Shown: positions 44,643-56,335, numbered from the stretch's first letter. The stretch is 64,000 nt of DNA from Endomicrobium sp. (GCA_031260705.1 JAISLA010000003.1:76615-140614), one strand, 5' to 3'. The notes: a model not told the origin generated them from the sequence alone. Translations and numbers: made by a program.

Positions 44643-46460
44643 ATGCAGTACCGGCAGGATATAAAACTTGCAATACAAATATCATTATTCTATTTTTTAT
44701 CATCCACACTAATATTTTCTTTATTTCGTTTGTTGTTTCGTATTGTATATTCCGATACTTTTTTCAATTTATTCATGCAGGATACAATAATATTATTTAT
44801 ATGCGGACTGCGTTTCGATATGTCTGTTATAAGCATGTTTCTGGGAATTTTTATCATTTTTTTATTTGTTCCTTTTGCTCAAAAGTCCGCTAAGTTTTTT
44901 AAATTCTGCGCTTTATTTATGACTATTTCCGTTGCGGTAATGATACTTATTTTGAGCGTCGTCTTTTTTTATTTTCCTGAAGTTAACCGGCATATGACGG
45001 AAGAACTCGTTATGACGCTTGAAGATAAAGAATTTATTATAAGATATTCTCTGCGGTATTATTGGTGGGTTTTAGTTTTAATTTTTTCTGTTGTCGCGCT
45101 TACAGTCGTAAAAGTTTTCAAATATATCAATAAGAAATTTAATCCGCAGCCTGTTAGTTTATTAAAAAATGTCATTATTTTTCTAAGCGTCTTTTTTTTG
45201 TTGTTTTAGGCATAAGGGAAAATTTCAGCGGAAAACCTATAAACTTAGATAATGCCTACAGACTGACAAAAAATCTTAAAGGCGTATAGTTCATTTTGAA
45301 CGGGCATTTACGCAAATTCACAGTTTAAAATATAAAAGAATTGGTGATACAGTAAATAAATATCCTCTGAATAAAGCGCTTGAAAACGTCCAGAAGTTTC
45401 TTTTAAGCGACAGGGAATTTGCACCCTGACGTAAATTATCCTTTAGTGCGAAAAATTAAAAATTCGGGAAAAGAAAAAAACTATAACATTTGCTTATGCC
45501 AATGGAACGAGAAGCATATGTGGACTATCTGCGTCTTTTTTGAGCGTCCCTATGATGCCGGGGATGCTGAGCCAAATTGAAAGACTTGAACTTATGAACA
45601 ATGTATCGTCAATGCCTGAAGCATTCAATGAAAGAGGATATTTTACTATGTTTGCGCAGTCATCGATGAGAAATTCGTTGAGAATGTATGACTTTTCAAA
45701 ATATATACTGAATGTTCAGGAAAGTTACGGTAAAGAGAATATGCCGCGTTTGATGAACTATATGAATGATCTGCTGTACGGATATGATTACGATTTGTTT
45801 GATTTTGCCGTAGAAAAAGCCGCCAGCAGCCGAAAGCAGTGTCGTCCTTTTTTTATTTTTTCATTTACCGGTTCTACTCATTGGGATTTTGGTTCTACGA
45901 CAAAAAAATTTGAAAAATATCCTTTAGACAGTGACTGCAACAAGCATATTAACGCTTTGTACTATTCGGATTATTCTATAGAACATCTTATGAAAAAGGC
46001 AAAAAAAGAAGGGTGGTTTGACGATACGATATTTGTTTTTATGGCGGATCACGTTGTCGGAGTGGGATCTTTTCTCAGAAATGACAATATTGAGGAAAGA
46101 TTTAAAATTCCTTTTGTGATTTATGCTCCCAAAATATTAAAACCCCAGAAAATTGACTATATCGTTTCACAGGCAGATCTGTTGTCTACAATATATCACC
46201 TTGCGGGAATTCAAAAGACTTTTTCGGCACTTGGAACAAACGCATTGGATAAACATGCAAATCACTTTGCTTTAATAAATGACGGAACAGAGATAATTTT
46301 TATTGAAAACGGCAATTACGTAAAACACAATCGTTCAATGATGACAGAAACTTCGCTTAGCGAAAACAATAGTGAATTTAAACAAATGCAGGAAAAGCTG
46401 CTTTCTCTTGATAAAGCTTTAATTTCTTTGCTGCAAAATAATAAATGGTATAAAAATTAA
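44643..46460 (+). pseudogene. LTA synthase/sulfatase-family membrane protein pseudogene
   Basis: N-terminal TM domain with GLRFD; C-terminal sulfatase-like motifs (T.STH, YSD..I, DTIFVFMADH, IPFVIYAP, SQ.DL); middle broken by stops, frameshifts and deletion. Confidence 0.8.
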
Positions 46461-46498
46461 CAAAAACAGTCCTATCTTATGCCGTTTCTTGAAAAAAC

Positions 46499-46528
46499 TT
46501 GCCAATAATCTTATTATTTTTGTAAAAT
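46499..46528 (+). promoter_or_regulatory. Sigma70-like promoter for the purD-pyr operon
   Basis: TTGCCA-N18-TAAAAT, about 310 nt upstream of purD. Confidence 0.45.
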
Positions 46529-46841
46529 TAAAGTTAACTAGATTCGTCGGTGGCGTAAAATTTTGCATAATGGAAAACGACGACAGGTTTTTCTGTTTGG
46601 TAAAAAGGAAAATTCTGTCGTAAAGTTATTCTTGTTGCGGGAGTTTTGCCAAATATGCCAGTGAATAAAAAAGCGGCAGATATGTGGCTGAAATCGGTCT
46701 GACTAAAACTGGAAATTAAGATACGGCGGAATGTTGAGCAGAATCATGAAAGCGTGATAATTGCGTTTATTTTAGAAATGAAATTTTTTTGCAGATATAT
46801 TAATTCAAACTGTCAGAGAAAGTTTTTAATTCGGAGATTAA

Positions 46842-48122
46842 ATGAAAGTATTGGTTATAGGAGCCGGCGGAAGGGAGCATGCAGTATGTATTCAGTTTTC
46901 AAAAAGTCCCAAAATAGACAAGATATATTGTGCTCCTGGCAACGGTGGTACGTCTCAAATTGTGGAGAACGTTGATATTTCAGCGGGTGATTTTAATAAA
47001 CTTACCGATTTTGTCAGAAAAAATAAAATAGACTTTACGTTCGTCGGTCCCGAAGTTCCACTATCTTTAGGTATAGTCGATTACTTTGAAGCTGAAAGCT
47101 TAAAAATAATCGGACCGTCAAAGGACGCAGCCCGGCTTGAGTCAAGCAAGATATATTCAAAAAAATTTATGCAAAAGTACGGCATTTCTACAGCGCAGTA
47201 TAACAGTTTTGCAGACTTTGATGATGCGCTGAAATTTTTGGAGGGCTGGGAAGAGAATAGAAAAGTTGCAGTTAAAGCTGACGGGCTTGCTGCTGGAAAA
47301 GGCGTTTATATATGTAACGGCAGGGAAGATGCCCGAAATGCTGTTAAACAGATGATGAAAGATAAAGTTTTAGGTGATGCCGGGACAAATGTAATTATAG
47401 AAGAGTATATAGACGGACCAGAGCTTTCATATCTGATATTTACCGATGGTGTATCTTATTCGGTTATGCCTGCTTCGCAGGATCATAAGAGAATAAACGA
47501 TAATGATAAAGGTCCTAATACCGGCGGTATGGGAACGTATGCGCCTGCTCCTTCGGCGACAGCTGAGCTAAATGAAAAAGTTGATGACATAATTCGCAGA
47601 GTTGTTAACGGCATAAAAGCTGAGAAACTTGATTATAAAGGCGTTTTATATGTCGGCATAATTATGAACGGTTTTTCTCCGTATGTTTTAGAGTTTAACT
47701 GTCGTTTCGGCGATCCGGAAACGCAGGCGGTTTTGCCTTTGCTCGATACGGATTTGACTGATATTTGCATCTCGATTTTAAATAAAGAACTTTTAAACAT
47801 AAAAATCAACTGGAAAAAAGAATTTTCAGTATGCGTAGTGCTTGCTTCGGGAGGGTATCCTGGAAGATTTGAAAAAGGTTTTGAAATCAATGGGATTGAA
47901 AATATTAATGATAAAAATACGATAGTGTTTCATGCCGGAACAGAACTTAAAAACGGCAGACTTGTTACTTCCGGCGGCAGGGTTTTGGGAATTACTTCAA
48001 CAGCAGATGACGTGAAAAGCGCGATAGATAAAGTATATTCAAACGTTAAATTGGTATCTTTTAAAAATATGCATTATAGAAAAGATATAGCTTGGAGAGC
48101 TTTAAATGGCAAACAAAATTGA
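46842..48122 (+). CDS. purD: Phosphoribosylamine-glycine ligase
   Basis: GAGGREHA, KADGLAAGKGV, GPNTGGMG, EFNCRFGDPE. Confidence 0.98.
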   Translation: MKVLVIGAGGREHAVCIQFSKSPKIDKIYCAPGNGGTSQIVENVDISAGDFNKLTDFVRKNKIDFTFVGPEVPLSLGIVDYFEAESLKIIGPSKDAARLESSKIYSKKFMQKYGISTAQYNSFADFDDALKFLEGWEENRKVAVKADGLAAGKGVYICNGREDARNAVKQMMKDKVLGDAGTNVIIEEYIDGPELSYLIFTDGVSYSVMPASQDHKRINDNDKGPNTGGMGTYAPAPSATAELNEKVDDIIRRVVNGIKAEKLDYKGVLYVGIIMNGFSPYVLEFNCRFGDPETQAVLPLLDTDLTDICISILNKELLNIKINWKKEFSVCVVLASGGYPGRFEKGFEINGIENINDKNTIVFHAGTELKNGRLVTSGGRVLGITSTADDVKSAIDKVYSNVKLVSFKNMHYRKDIAWRALNGKQN

Positions 48123-48639
48123 TGCGGCAATTATAGTAGGTTCGGGATCGGATTTGCCGATGATAAATGAAACTGTCAAGACCCTGAAAGAGTTTGGCTT
48201 GTCTTACAGTTTGAATATCGCTTCGGCTCACAGGGCTTCTAAGTATTTAAAGCAGTGCATTCAAGAAGCGGAAGATTCGGGCGTAAAAGCTTTTATAGCT
48301 GCCGCAGGAATGGCTGCGGCACTTCCCGGAGTCATTGCCTCTGAAACCGTTCTTCCTGTGATAGGCGTTCCGATAGATGTCGGAAATCTTTCAAGCTTCG
48401 ACTCTTTGTTTTCAATAGTTCAAATGCCTAAAGGCGTGCCTGTCGCAACAGTTGCACTGGGCAGGGCAGGAGCCGTGAATGCCGCACTTTTAGCTGTTCA
48501 GATTATAGCTGTTGCTGATGAGAACTTGAGAGAAAAACTTAAGGTTTATAGGAATAAAATGGCGGATGCAGTTGTCAATGAAGATTTAAAACTCCGTGAA
48601 AACGGAATAGAGAAATATATTGAAAGGTTAAAGAAATAA
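48106..48639 (+). CDS. purE: N5-CAIR mutase
   Basis: GSGSD, SAHR, AGMAAALPG, PVIGVP, QMPKGVPVA. Confidence 0.96.
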   Translation: MANKIDAAIIVGSGSDLPMINETVKTLKEFGLSYSLNIASAHRASKYLKQCIQEAEDSGVKAFIAAAGMAAALPGVIASETVLPVIGVPIDVGNLSSFDSLFSIVQMPKGVPVATVALGRAGAVNAALLAVQIIAVADENLREKLKVYRNKMADAVVNEDLKLRENGIEKYIERLKK

Positions 48640-48640
48640 A

Positions 48641-49174
48641 ATGTCGGACATTGTACTTGATTCTAAGTCTTTTAAGAGTGCGGTTAATAAAATTTCAAAG
48701 GAAATTTCTGATAACAATAAAAATATCCACGAAGTTGCAATTATAGGAATACAAAGTAAAGGCGTATTTCTGGCGAAAAGAATTCTCGCTGAAATTGCAA
48801 AACTTGCAGGAATCGGTATGTCTCGAATTCCTTTTGGAACTTTGGATATTACGCTTTACAGAGACGATCTTGATGATCTCAGTTCAAAAATACCTGTTAT
48901 AAAAGATACCGTTATACCTTTTGACACTAACCGGAAAAATATAATTTTGATTGACGATGTCATTTATACCGGAAGAACAGTGCGAGCGGCTTTGGACGTT
49001 TTAATGGATTTCGGCAGACCTAAATCTGTTCAGCTTGCGGTTTTGATAGATAGAGGATTTCGGGAACTTCCCATAGAAGCAAAATATGTAGGAATAAGGT
49101 ATCAGAGCGAAGAGTTAGTAAAAGTTGAATGTAAAGAAACAGACGGGGTAGATAGAGTTACATTTATAAAATAA
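48641..49174 (+). CDS. pyrR: PyrR bifunctional regulator/UPRTase
   Basis: LDITLYRDD, LIDDVIYTGRTVRAA, DRGFRELPI. Confidence 0.95.
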   Translation: MSDIVLDSKSFKSAVNKISKEISDNNKNIHEVAIIGIQSKGVFLAKRILAEIAKLAGIGMSRIPFGTLDITLYRDDLDDLSSKIPVIKDTVIPFDTNRKNIILIDDVIYTGRTVRAALDVLMDFGRPKSVQLAVLIDRGFRELPIEAKYVGIRYQSEELVKVECKETDGVDRVTFIK

Positions 49175-49196
49175 CGGTATTACAGAGGAATAGAGA

Positions 49197-50135
49197 ATGT
49201 CTCTTAACTGTAAAGACCTGCTTGGTCTTGAACATTTAGACAAAAAAGACTTGCAAACTATTTTGAATTCAGTAGGACCTTTTAAAAGTCTTTTTACAAG
49301 ATCTGTCAAAAAAGTTCCTACATTAGTCGGTAAGACTGTAGTAACGCTTTTTTATGAACCTTCCACCCGCACAAGGAACTCGTTTGAAATTGCCGCAAAG
49401 AGACTTTCTGCCGATGTGGTAAACGTTGCGGTGAATACCTCAAGCATTGTTAAAGGCGAAAGTCTTATAGATACCGGCAAAACTCTTGAAGCAATGAAAG
49501 CGGATTACCTGATCATCAGACATTCTCTGGCGGGAGCGCCAGATATACTTGCAAGAAATCTCAATGCATCTATAATAAATGCAGGCGACGGTTTTCACGA
49601 ACATCCTACGCAAGGTCTTCTTGATTTATATACTATGTATGAAAAGAAGAAAAAAATTGAGGGATTGAGAGTATTGCTCGTAGGTGATATTCTGCATTCA
49701 AGAGTGGCAAAATCAAATATTTGGGCGATGATAAAAATGGGGGCGGAAATTGCAGTTGTAGGTCCGCCGACTTTGATTCCGTCAAATATTGAGGATTTAG
49801 GAGTAAAAGTTTATTACGATTTAAATGAAGCTATTAAAAAAGTCGATGTTGTAAATATTTTAAGAATACAGCTTGAACGCCAGCAGGAAAATTTATTTCC
49901 GTCGGTTCATGAGTATGTAGAGCTTTATCAGGTGACAAAAGAAAGACTTGCTATGGCAAGACCTGGAGTTTTAATTATGCATCCTGGTCCTATGAATAGG
50001 GGTATAGAAATATCTTCCGATGTTGCGGACAGTCCTAATGCCGTAATTAATGAGCAGGTTACAAACGGAATAGCAGTGAGAATGGCGGTTTTATGTCTTT
50101 TAAAACCAAAGAGGAAAAATGCGTCTTCAGATTAA
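49197..50135 (+). CDS. pyrB: Aspartate carbamoyltransferase
   Basis: FYEPSTRT, HPTQ, MHPGP. Confidence 0.97.
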   Translation: MSLNCKDLLGLEHLDKKDLQTILNSVGPFKSLFTRSVKKVPTLVGKTVVTLFYEPSTRTRNSFEIAAKRLSADVVNVAVNTSSIVKGESLIDTGKTLEAMKADYLIIRHSLAGAPDILARNLNASIINAGDGFHEHPTQGLLDLYTMYEKKKKIEGLRVLLVGDILHSRVAKSNIWAMIKMGAEIAVVGPPTLIPSNIEDLGVKVYYDLNEAIKKVDVVNILRIQLERQQENLFPSVHEYVELYQVTKERLAMARPGVLIMHPGPMNRGIEISSDVADSPNAVINEQVTNGIAVRMAVLCLLKPKRKNASSD

Positions 50136-51387
50136 AGATATTAAAATAGTCGATCCGTTGCAGAATAGAGATTCAATCGGAGATATTTTTGTTGAAAACG
50201 GCAGAATCGTATCAAATTTTTCAGGTGATGCCGATAAAATTGTTGACGGCAGAGGAAAAATTGCCGTTCCGGGACTTATTGATATTCATTCTCATCTTAG
50301 AGAACCCGGCGAGGAAGGAAAAGAGACTATTTATACAGGAACGCGTTCCGCTGCAAAAGGCGGGATAACAACCGTTTTCTGCATGCCAAATACCAACCCC
50401 GTTATTGATAATGCTCCGACGGTCGAGTTTGTTCTTCTTAAAGCTCAAAAAGAGGGGCTTGTAAATGTTTTCCCGATAGGATGCGCTACTAAAGGATCGC
50501 ATGGTGTGGAGATTTCTGAAATAGGAGTTCTTAAAAAAGCGGGTATTGTTGCGGTAAGCGACGATGGTCTTCCGATAGCGAATTCGCAGATAATGCGTCG
50601 AACTCTGGAATATACAAAAATGTTTAAACTTCCCGTTATTTCGCATAGCGAGGATAAAGAGTTAAGTAAAAACGGCGTGATGAACGAAGGGAAAAATTCT
50701 ATGGTGCTGGGTTTAAGAGGTATTCCAAAACAGGCTGAAGAAGTTATGGTAAGCCGCGATATAATGCTTGCGAAACTCACGGGAGGTTATCTTCATATTG
50801 CACACGTTTCCACCGCGGGTTCAGTTGAACTGGTAAGGCAGGCAAAGAAAAAAGGTATAAAAGTTACTGCGGAAACTTGTCCGCAGTATTTTACTTTAAC
50901 TGACGATGTCGTAAAAGGTTATAATACTAATGCAAAAATGAATCCTCCTTTGAGAAGACAAGAGGATGTAGATGCCATAAAACAAGGTCTTGCAGACGGT
51001 ACGATAGATTGCATAGCTACAGACCATGCTCCGCACATGGAAGAAGAAAAAAACAGGGAATTTGATCTAGCTCCGTTTGGGATTATAGGTTTTGAAACAA
51101 TTTTAAGTCTTACTTTAAATGAACTTGTTGACAGCGGCGTTTTAAGTCTTTCCAAAGCGTTGTCAAAAATGACTTCAAATCCCGCAAAGATTTTTAATCT
51201 TGAGGGAAGAGGTACTCTCAAAAAAGGAAATATTGCTGATATTACGATAATAGATATGAAATATTCTTATGAGTTTAAAAAAGAAAATATAGTTTCAAAA
51301 AGTAAGAACTCTCCTTTTATCGGAAGAAAATTTAAAGGCGGTGCGGTTATGACGATAGTGGAGGGAAATATAGTTTGGCAGATTTAA
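50119..51387 (+). CDS. pyrC: Dihydroorotase
   Basis: DIHSHLREPG, MPNT, KMNPPLR, ATDHAPH. Confidence 0.96.
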   Translation: MRLQIKDIKIVDPLQNRDSIGDIFVENGRIVSNFSGDADKIVDGRGKIAVPGLIDIHSHLREPGEEGKETIYTGTRSAAKGGITTVFCMPNTNPVIDNAPTVEFVLLKAQKEGLVNVFPIGCATKGSHGVEISEIGVLKKAGIVAVSDDGLPIANSQIMRRTLEYTKMFKLPVISHSEDKELSKNGVMNEGKNSMVLGLRGIPKQAEEVMVSRDIMLAKLTGGYLHIAHVSTAGSVELVRQAKKKGIKVTAETCPQYFTLTDDVVKGYNTNAKMNPPLRRQEDVDAIKQGLADGTIDCIATDHAPHMEEEKNREFDLAPFGIIGFETILSLTLNELVDSGVLSLSKALSKMTSNPAKIFNLEGRGTLKKGNIADITIIDMKYSYEFKKENIVSKSKNSPFIGRKFKGGAVMTIVEGNIVWQI

Positions 51388-51639
51388 AAGTATTGTCTTT
51401 TTTTTGTATTTAAACATAAACGGATGTTGTCTCATTTGTGATTGTGTCCAGTAGGATTAAGCTTATATGCTTCCTAATTTACATTCTTGGGCAATTTCGC
51501 ACTTGTGCAGACATCGTTCTCAAAAAATCTGTACTTTATTTATTAGCTTAATTTAAAATCTTGAGAGTTTTTATATTATTGTTTTTCTTCATTCTTTTAT
51601 CCCTTTTCGCTTGAAGGAAAGAATAGAGATGAGGGTATA

Positions 51640-52515
51640 ATGTGTACGTCAAAAAGATTCGATAAAAGTTATAAGATAATTTCCAACGAAGAAGTCTGTA
51701 CCGGTTATTTTGAATTGAAAGTTAAAGCGGAGGCTGTTTCTAAATTTTGTTATCCGGGACAGTTTTTTATGATCGATATTCCGGAAGTTTTTTTGCGCCG
51801 TCCTATCAGCATTCACAGTGTTGAAAAAGGTACTATAAGCTTTTTATATAGTGTTGTTGGCAGAGGCACACAAATTTTGTCTAAAATGGGACGCTTCTCC
51901 GGTAGGGGTATCTTCCGCAGAAGAGAGGGGAAAGACGGTTGTGATGAGATTAAAATGCTCGGTCCTCTGGGCAGAGGGTACGGTTTAACTCTGAATGCGT
52001 CATCAAAGTTTTTGTCCCGTGTTTCTTTCGACTCTTACGGAAAAAAATCATGTCCAAAGTCTAGAGATATAGACTTTAACTCTGTCATCGTCGCCGGCGG
52101 CACAGGAATAGCGTCAATTCACTTTCTTGCTACTAAATTGAGTAGGAAAGGTATTCTCTATTACGGCGTGCGTTCAAAAAAAGATTTGTTGTGTCTTGAT
52201 AAATTTAAAAAAATGGGTTGGAAAATTGTTGTTTCTACGGAAGATGGTTCAAAAGGATATAAAGGTTATGTTACCGACGTGCTGTCAGAAAATTTAAGAG
52301 ATAACGATACGCTGTTTGCATGCGGACCTGTTCCTATGCTTAAGAAGGTTTTACAGATTGCTAGAGAAAAAAATGTAAAAGGTTTTGTCTGTCTTGAGGA
52401 AAAGATGGCGTGTGGTATAGGGAACTGTCAAGGCTGTGCCGTAAAAATAAACGGAGAGAATAAATTGATTTGTAAGGATGGTCCCGTTTTTGAAATTAAA
52501 GATGTGGAATTGTGA
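51640..52515 (+). CDS. pyrK: Dihydroorotate dehydrogenase electron transfer subunit
   Basis: LRRPIS, GPLG.G, AGGTG, ACGP, MACG.G.C.GC, C.DGPVF. Confidence 0.93.
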   Translation: MCTSKRFDKSYKIISNEEVCTGYFELKVKAEAVSKFCYPGQFFMIDIPEVFLRRPISIHSVEKGTISFLYSVVGRGTQILSKMGRFSGRGIFRRREGKDGCDEIKMLGPLGRGYGLTLNASSKFLSRVSFDSYGKKSCPKSRDIDFNSVIVAGGTGIASIHFLATKLSRKGILYYGVRSKKDLLCLDKFKKMGWKIVVSTEDGSKGYKGYVTDVLSENLRDNDTLFACGPVPMLKKVLQIAREKNVKGFVCLEEKMACGIGNCQGCAVKINGENKLICKDGPVFEIKDVEL

Positions 52516-53397
52516 AATACTAGGATTAAAAATAGTAAATTTATGATGCCCTGCGGAATGCGGTTCAATATAATTTGATTTAAGCCAAATACAGCGCCAA
52601 ATTTAAGTGCCGTTTTTTTACTGCAAGTTATGAAACAATAATTTGGTTAAGAAAAGAAAAAAAGACAGACGTATTTAATATGGGTATTTACTTTGGACAT
52701 CAGCCAGACAAACCGAAACTATGGCATGTGTAGGAAGCTATCTTATGATTGACGCTTGGTATTTTAAAAATAAAGGATTAATGCCAGAATGCTGAAATTC
52801 TTTGTTCCTCCGCCAGAAGAACTAGTATAGTTTGAGGGAGACTGGTATTCTATAAAGTGAAAGGATGACAAGGATAGTGAGTGAGAAAAAAAGGTAGGAC
52901 ACTATACACCTATCAAAGCAGGCATAAAGTTCACAGGCGAATTTACTGAAGTTTACAATTCTCTAAATTTGTTAACCCTGAAAAGCAGAAACTCTTTAAA
53001 CGGTTAAATACAATAATTATTGAGAGGTGTCTATGCGCTCTTTCCTGTTATGTTAGATACTATAGACCCCATCATCGGCAAGCCGCAAGAACTGGCGGTG
53101 TACAAATGTGGTTCATAGGCGACCTAAGATAACTCCCGACCATTATCTCAGATAAAGACGCTTCAATTTTTAGTGAAGGATACGTACAAGTACACTATAT
53201 TGGTTGACGGCGAGAAAAAAAGTATTGCTGATGACTGAAAAGAGATTCTCTTATTTCTTTGAAGGCACGCGTCTTAGAACATATAAAAAAGCGGTTTGGA
53301 ACATTTTAAAACTAGAACAAGTTCATTGAATACTTAAATGTAATACGCAGCAAAACACACAGCAATACCATATTAAGAGAGATAAACAAATGCTTAA

Positions 53398-53622
53398 TAT
53401 GGGAAGCACCCTACTCAGAAACTGTTAGACCTGTTTAAAAGAATTGTTTTTGCCAGTGCGGAAGAAAAAGGCATTATATTATATCCTTTTACAGAGAGTT
53501 TGACTACGGAGTTATGTCGGTGACAAACGACAGGATGTTTATCGGCATAGATAAATAAGGAAAAGCAATACTTGGAGTTGTCCATAAAAAGATTTGAAAA
53601 TTTAAATGAAAATATAAAATAA
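53398..53622 (+). pseudogene. C-terminal remnant of a beta-class (DpnA-like) DNA methyltransferase
   Basis: YGKHPTQKLLDLFKRIVFASAEEKGIILYPFTESLTT...FIGID...YLELSIKR, i.e. decayed HPTQKP and DPF.GS.TT motifs. Confidence 0.75.
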
Positions 53623-53680
53623 GCAGGACAGAAATCGATCCCGTTTTTGAAATTAAAGATATTGAGCTGTAGAGGAGTTA

Positions 53681-54392
53681 ATGACAAAAAAGCAGATAAT
53701 AGAAGTAATATTTGATATATGTAGAAAGAGAAATGATTTTGTGTTTGACAATAATTTAGTAAAAACCGTTATTAAAGCTGACTATTTTATAGCCCATTTA
53801 GGAAGTGGAAATCACAAGTTTATAAAAGGTATAGATAAGGTGTATCATACTTTTGAAAAAATAGAAAACAACGAAATTGTTGATTGGCAATATAGACCAA
53901 GCATTCTAAATGATTTTTCTATATCGGAATCTGGTATTTTATCCCTTGCAAATAATCATAGGATTCTGCATGACTTTCTATATCAGGATTATGTTGGTGT
54001 TGTTCCTAAAATGTACGGTAGTGAAAGAAAAAGAGGCGTTTCTTTTGAGTATTTTGTGAGTGGTGAAAGATTTGAGTTTAAAAAACTGCAAATAGAAATA
54101 GATTTAACTCTTGAAAATACCGGATATGTTACTGTTTTTGAAGGTAAAAACTCTAAACCGAACCTATGGACAGAAAATTTCAATGTTTATCAATTATTAT
54201 AACCTGAAGCAAAGCAATAAACTAAATATTAAAAAATTGACTGCATGTTATCTTGTCAGACAGAAAAATAAAGCTAATTCTATAATCAGATTGTATAATT
54301 ACGCGTTTGAAAACCCGCTGGATATAACAAGTATAAAATTGCTGAAAAAGAAAGAATATCATTTAAAGAGGAAAGAGTTTGAATATGAATGA
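53681..54392 (+). pseudogene. Putative type II restriction endonuclease pseudogene
   Basis: QIEID...VFEGKN PD-(D/E)XK-like motif; frameshift near 54195; flanked by MTases and overlapping the next ATG. Confidence 0.6.
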
Positions 54393-55201
54393 AATTATAA
54401 ATAAAGTATTCAACGAAGATGTTTTATTGACATTAAAAAGGATTCCTGATAATTCAATTGACATGGTGTACGGTGACCCTGATTATAATGTAGGCATTAA
54501 TTACGACGGGAAAAAATATACTCAAAAATGGGATAAATATATAAATTGATACATAGAGTTGACCCGGGAATGTATGAGAGTGTTAAAGTCTGAAGGTAAT
54601 TTATTTATGATAAATTATCCGAAACAAAATGCCTATTTGAGAGTGAAATATTTAGACAGTAGGGCTTATAATGTTTTTGATTATGTCTGGGTTTATAACA
54701 CCAATGTGGGACACTCTCATAAGAAATTTACGACGGCGTACAGATCGATACTGCATGCGACAAAATCAAAAAATAATAATTTTTATAAAGATCAAGTTAC
54801 TGTTTCTTATCAAAATCCGACAGACAGAAGAATACAGCAGAGAATAGCAGAAGGTTCAAATGGTCGTATGCCATATTCTTGGTGGTATTATGATTTAGTA
54901 AAAAACGTGTCTAAAGATAAAACTTTTCATTCCTGTCAGATTCCGTTAGGATTGGTAAAAATGTTGATAAAATCTTCGACGAAAAAAAATGATCTGGTGC
55001 AGGTATTATTCGGATGTTGTAGGATCTGAGCTTATTTTATGTAAGGAATTAGGAAGAATTTTTGTTTCAAGTGAACTCCATAAACCGTATTATGACATGA
55101 TAATTGACAGACTGAATACTGACGGGGTGGTCAGAAAAAACTATAAATTAAAATTTGGAAATAATAAAATTGATTATGATGTACAGCCTGTTTTTTTTTG
55201 A
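54385..55201 (+). pseudogene. Beta-class amino DNA methyltransferase pseudogene
   Basis: ATG 54385, DPDY motif, in-frame TGA at 54547-54549, H.CQIP, frameshift inside the LFG.SGS SAM motif near 55015. Confidence 0.85.
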
Positions 55202-55244
55202 TTCCGAAGGAAAATATGTAACAAGAGAAAAAATGTGTATTTAA

Positions 55245-56183
55245 ATGAAACAGCGGAATAAAATGATAACGGATTTAAGCGTAAATTTTGCAGGAATTAA
55301 ATTGAAAAATCCCGTGCTTACGGCATCGGGTACTTTTGGTTACGGTTATGAACTTGCAGATTTAATTCCTTTAAAAAGACTTGGCGGTATTGTGACAAAA
55401 ACGATTACTCTGGAACCGCGTGCGGGGAATTTGCAGCCGAGAATTGCCGAAGTTGCATCCGGAATATTAAATAGCATAGGCTTGCAGAATATCGGCGTTA
55501 AAGCTTTTATTGAAGAACCTCTTGAAAAATTAAATAAAATCGGCGTGCCTGTAATAGTGAGTGTTGCAGGAGTCGCAGAGGGCGAATATGTCGAGACAGT
55601 AAAAATATTGAGCAGCCAAAACGGCATATCGGCAATAGAACTTAATTTGTCTTGCCCAAATTTGAAAAAGAAGATAGTCTGTCATGATTTACCTTTGATG
55701 CGGGATGTGATAAGAGGTGTAAAAAAAGTATCAAGAATTCCCGTTATTGCGAAACTTTCTCCGCTAGTGACTGATATTTCTGAACTTGCATTAATGGCGC
55801 AGAATGCAGGTGCTGATGGAGTAACGCTTACAAATACTTATCCGGCTATGGTGGTGGATATTCGTACTTTTAAACCTAAACTTTCTACGGTAAAAGGCGG
55901 AATGTCGGGCGCCTGCGTAAAACCTATGTCGGTGCGCTGCGTGTATGATGCTTATCAGGACATAAAAATACCGATTATAGGCTGCGGCGGCATAATGACG
56001 GGGGAGGATGCAGTTGAATTTATTCTTGCCGGAGCAGCGGCTGTCAGCGTTGGAAGTTCAAGTTTAGTTTCCCCCGGGAATTTAATAGCAATTATTGACG
56101 GAATTGAGAATATATTGAAAGAAAAAAATATAAAATCCGTAAAAGAAATAACCGGCATTATCAATGAAGTTAGAAATGCCTGA
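55245..56183 (+). CDS. pyrD: Dihydroorotate dehydrogenase (family 1B)
   Basis: ASGTFG, LNSIGLQN, ELNLSCPN, GGMSG. Confidence 0.96.
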   Translation: MKQRNKMITDLSVNFAGIKLKNPVLTASGTFGYGYELADLIPLKRLGGIVTKTITLEPRAGNLQPRIAEVASGILNSIGLQNIGVKAFIEEPLEKLNKIGVPVIVSVAGVAEGEYVETVKILSSQNGISAIELNLSCPNLKKKIVCHDLPLMRDVIRGVKKVSRIPVIAKLSPLVTDISELALMAQNAGADGVTLTNTYPAMVVDIRTFKPKLSTVKGGMSGACVKPMSVRCVYDAYQDIKIPIIGCGGIMTGEDAVEFILAGAAAVSVGSSSLVSPGNLIAIIDGIENILKEKNIKSVKEITGIINEVRNA

Positions 56184-56335
56184 TGATTTTTATTTCAGTC
56201 TGTTACTTATGAAAAGCGAAGAGGCTTTACCGCGAAACATTGAAAAATCTAAAAAAGATAATGGATTTTTAAAGTTTTGTCCTTAGTAGCAGTGGCTGGC
56301 TTGTTTGTTGCATCTGCGTTATACTGGGGAGATAA

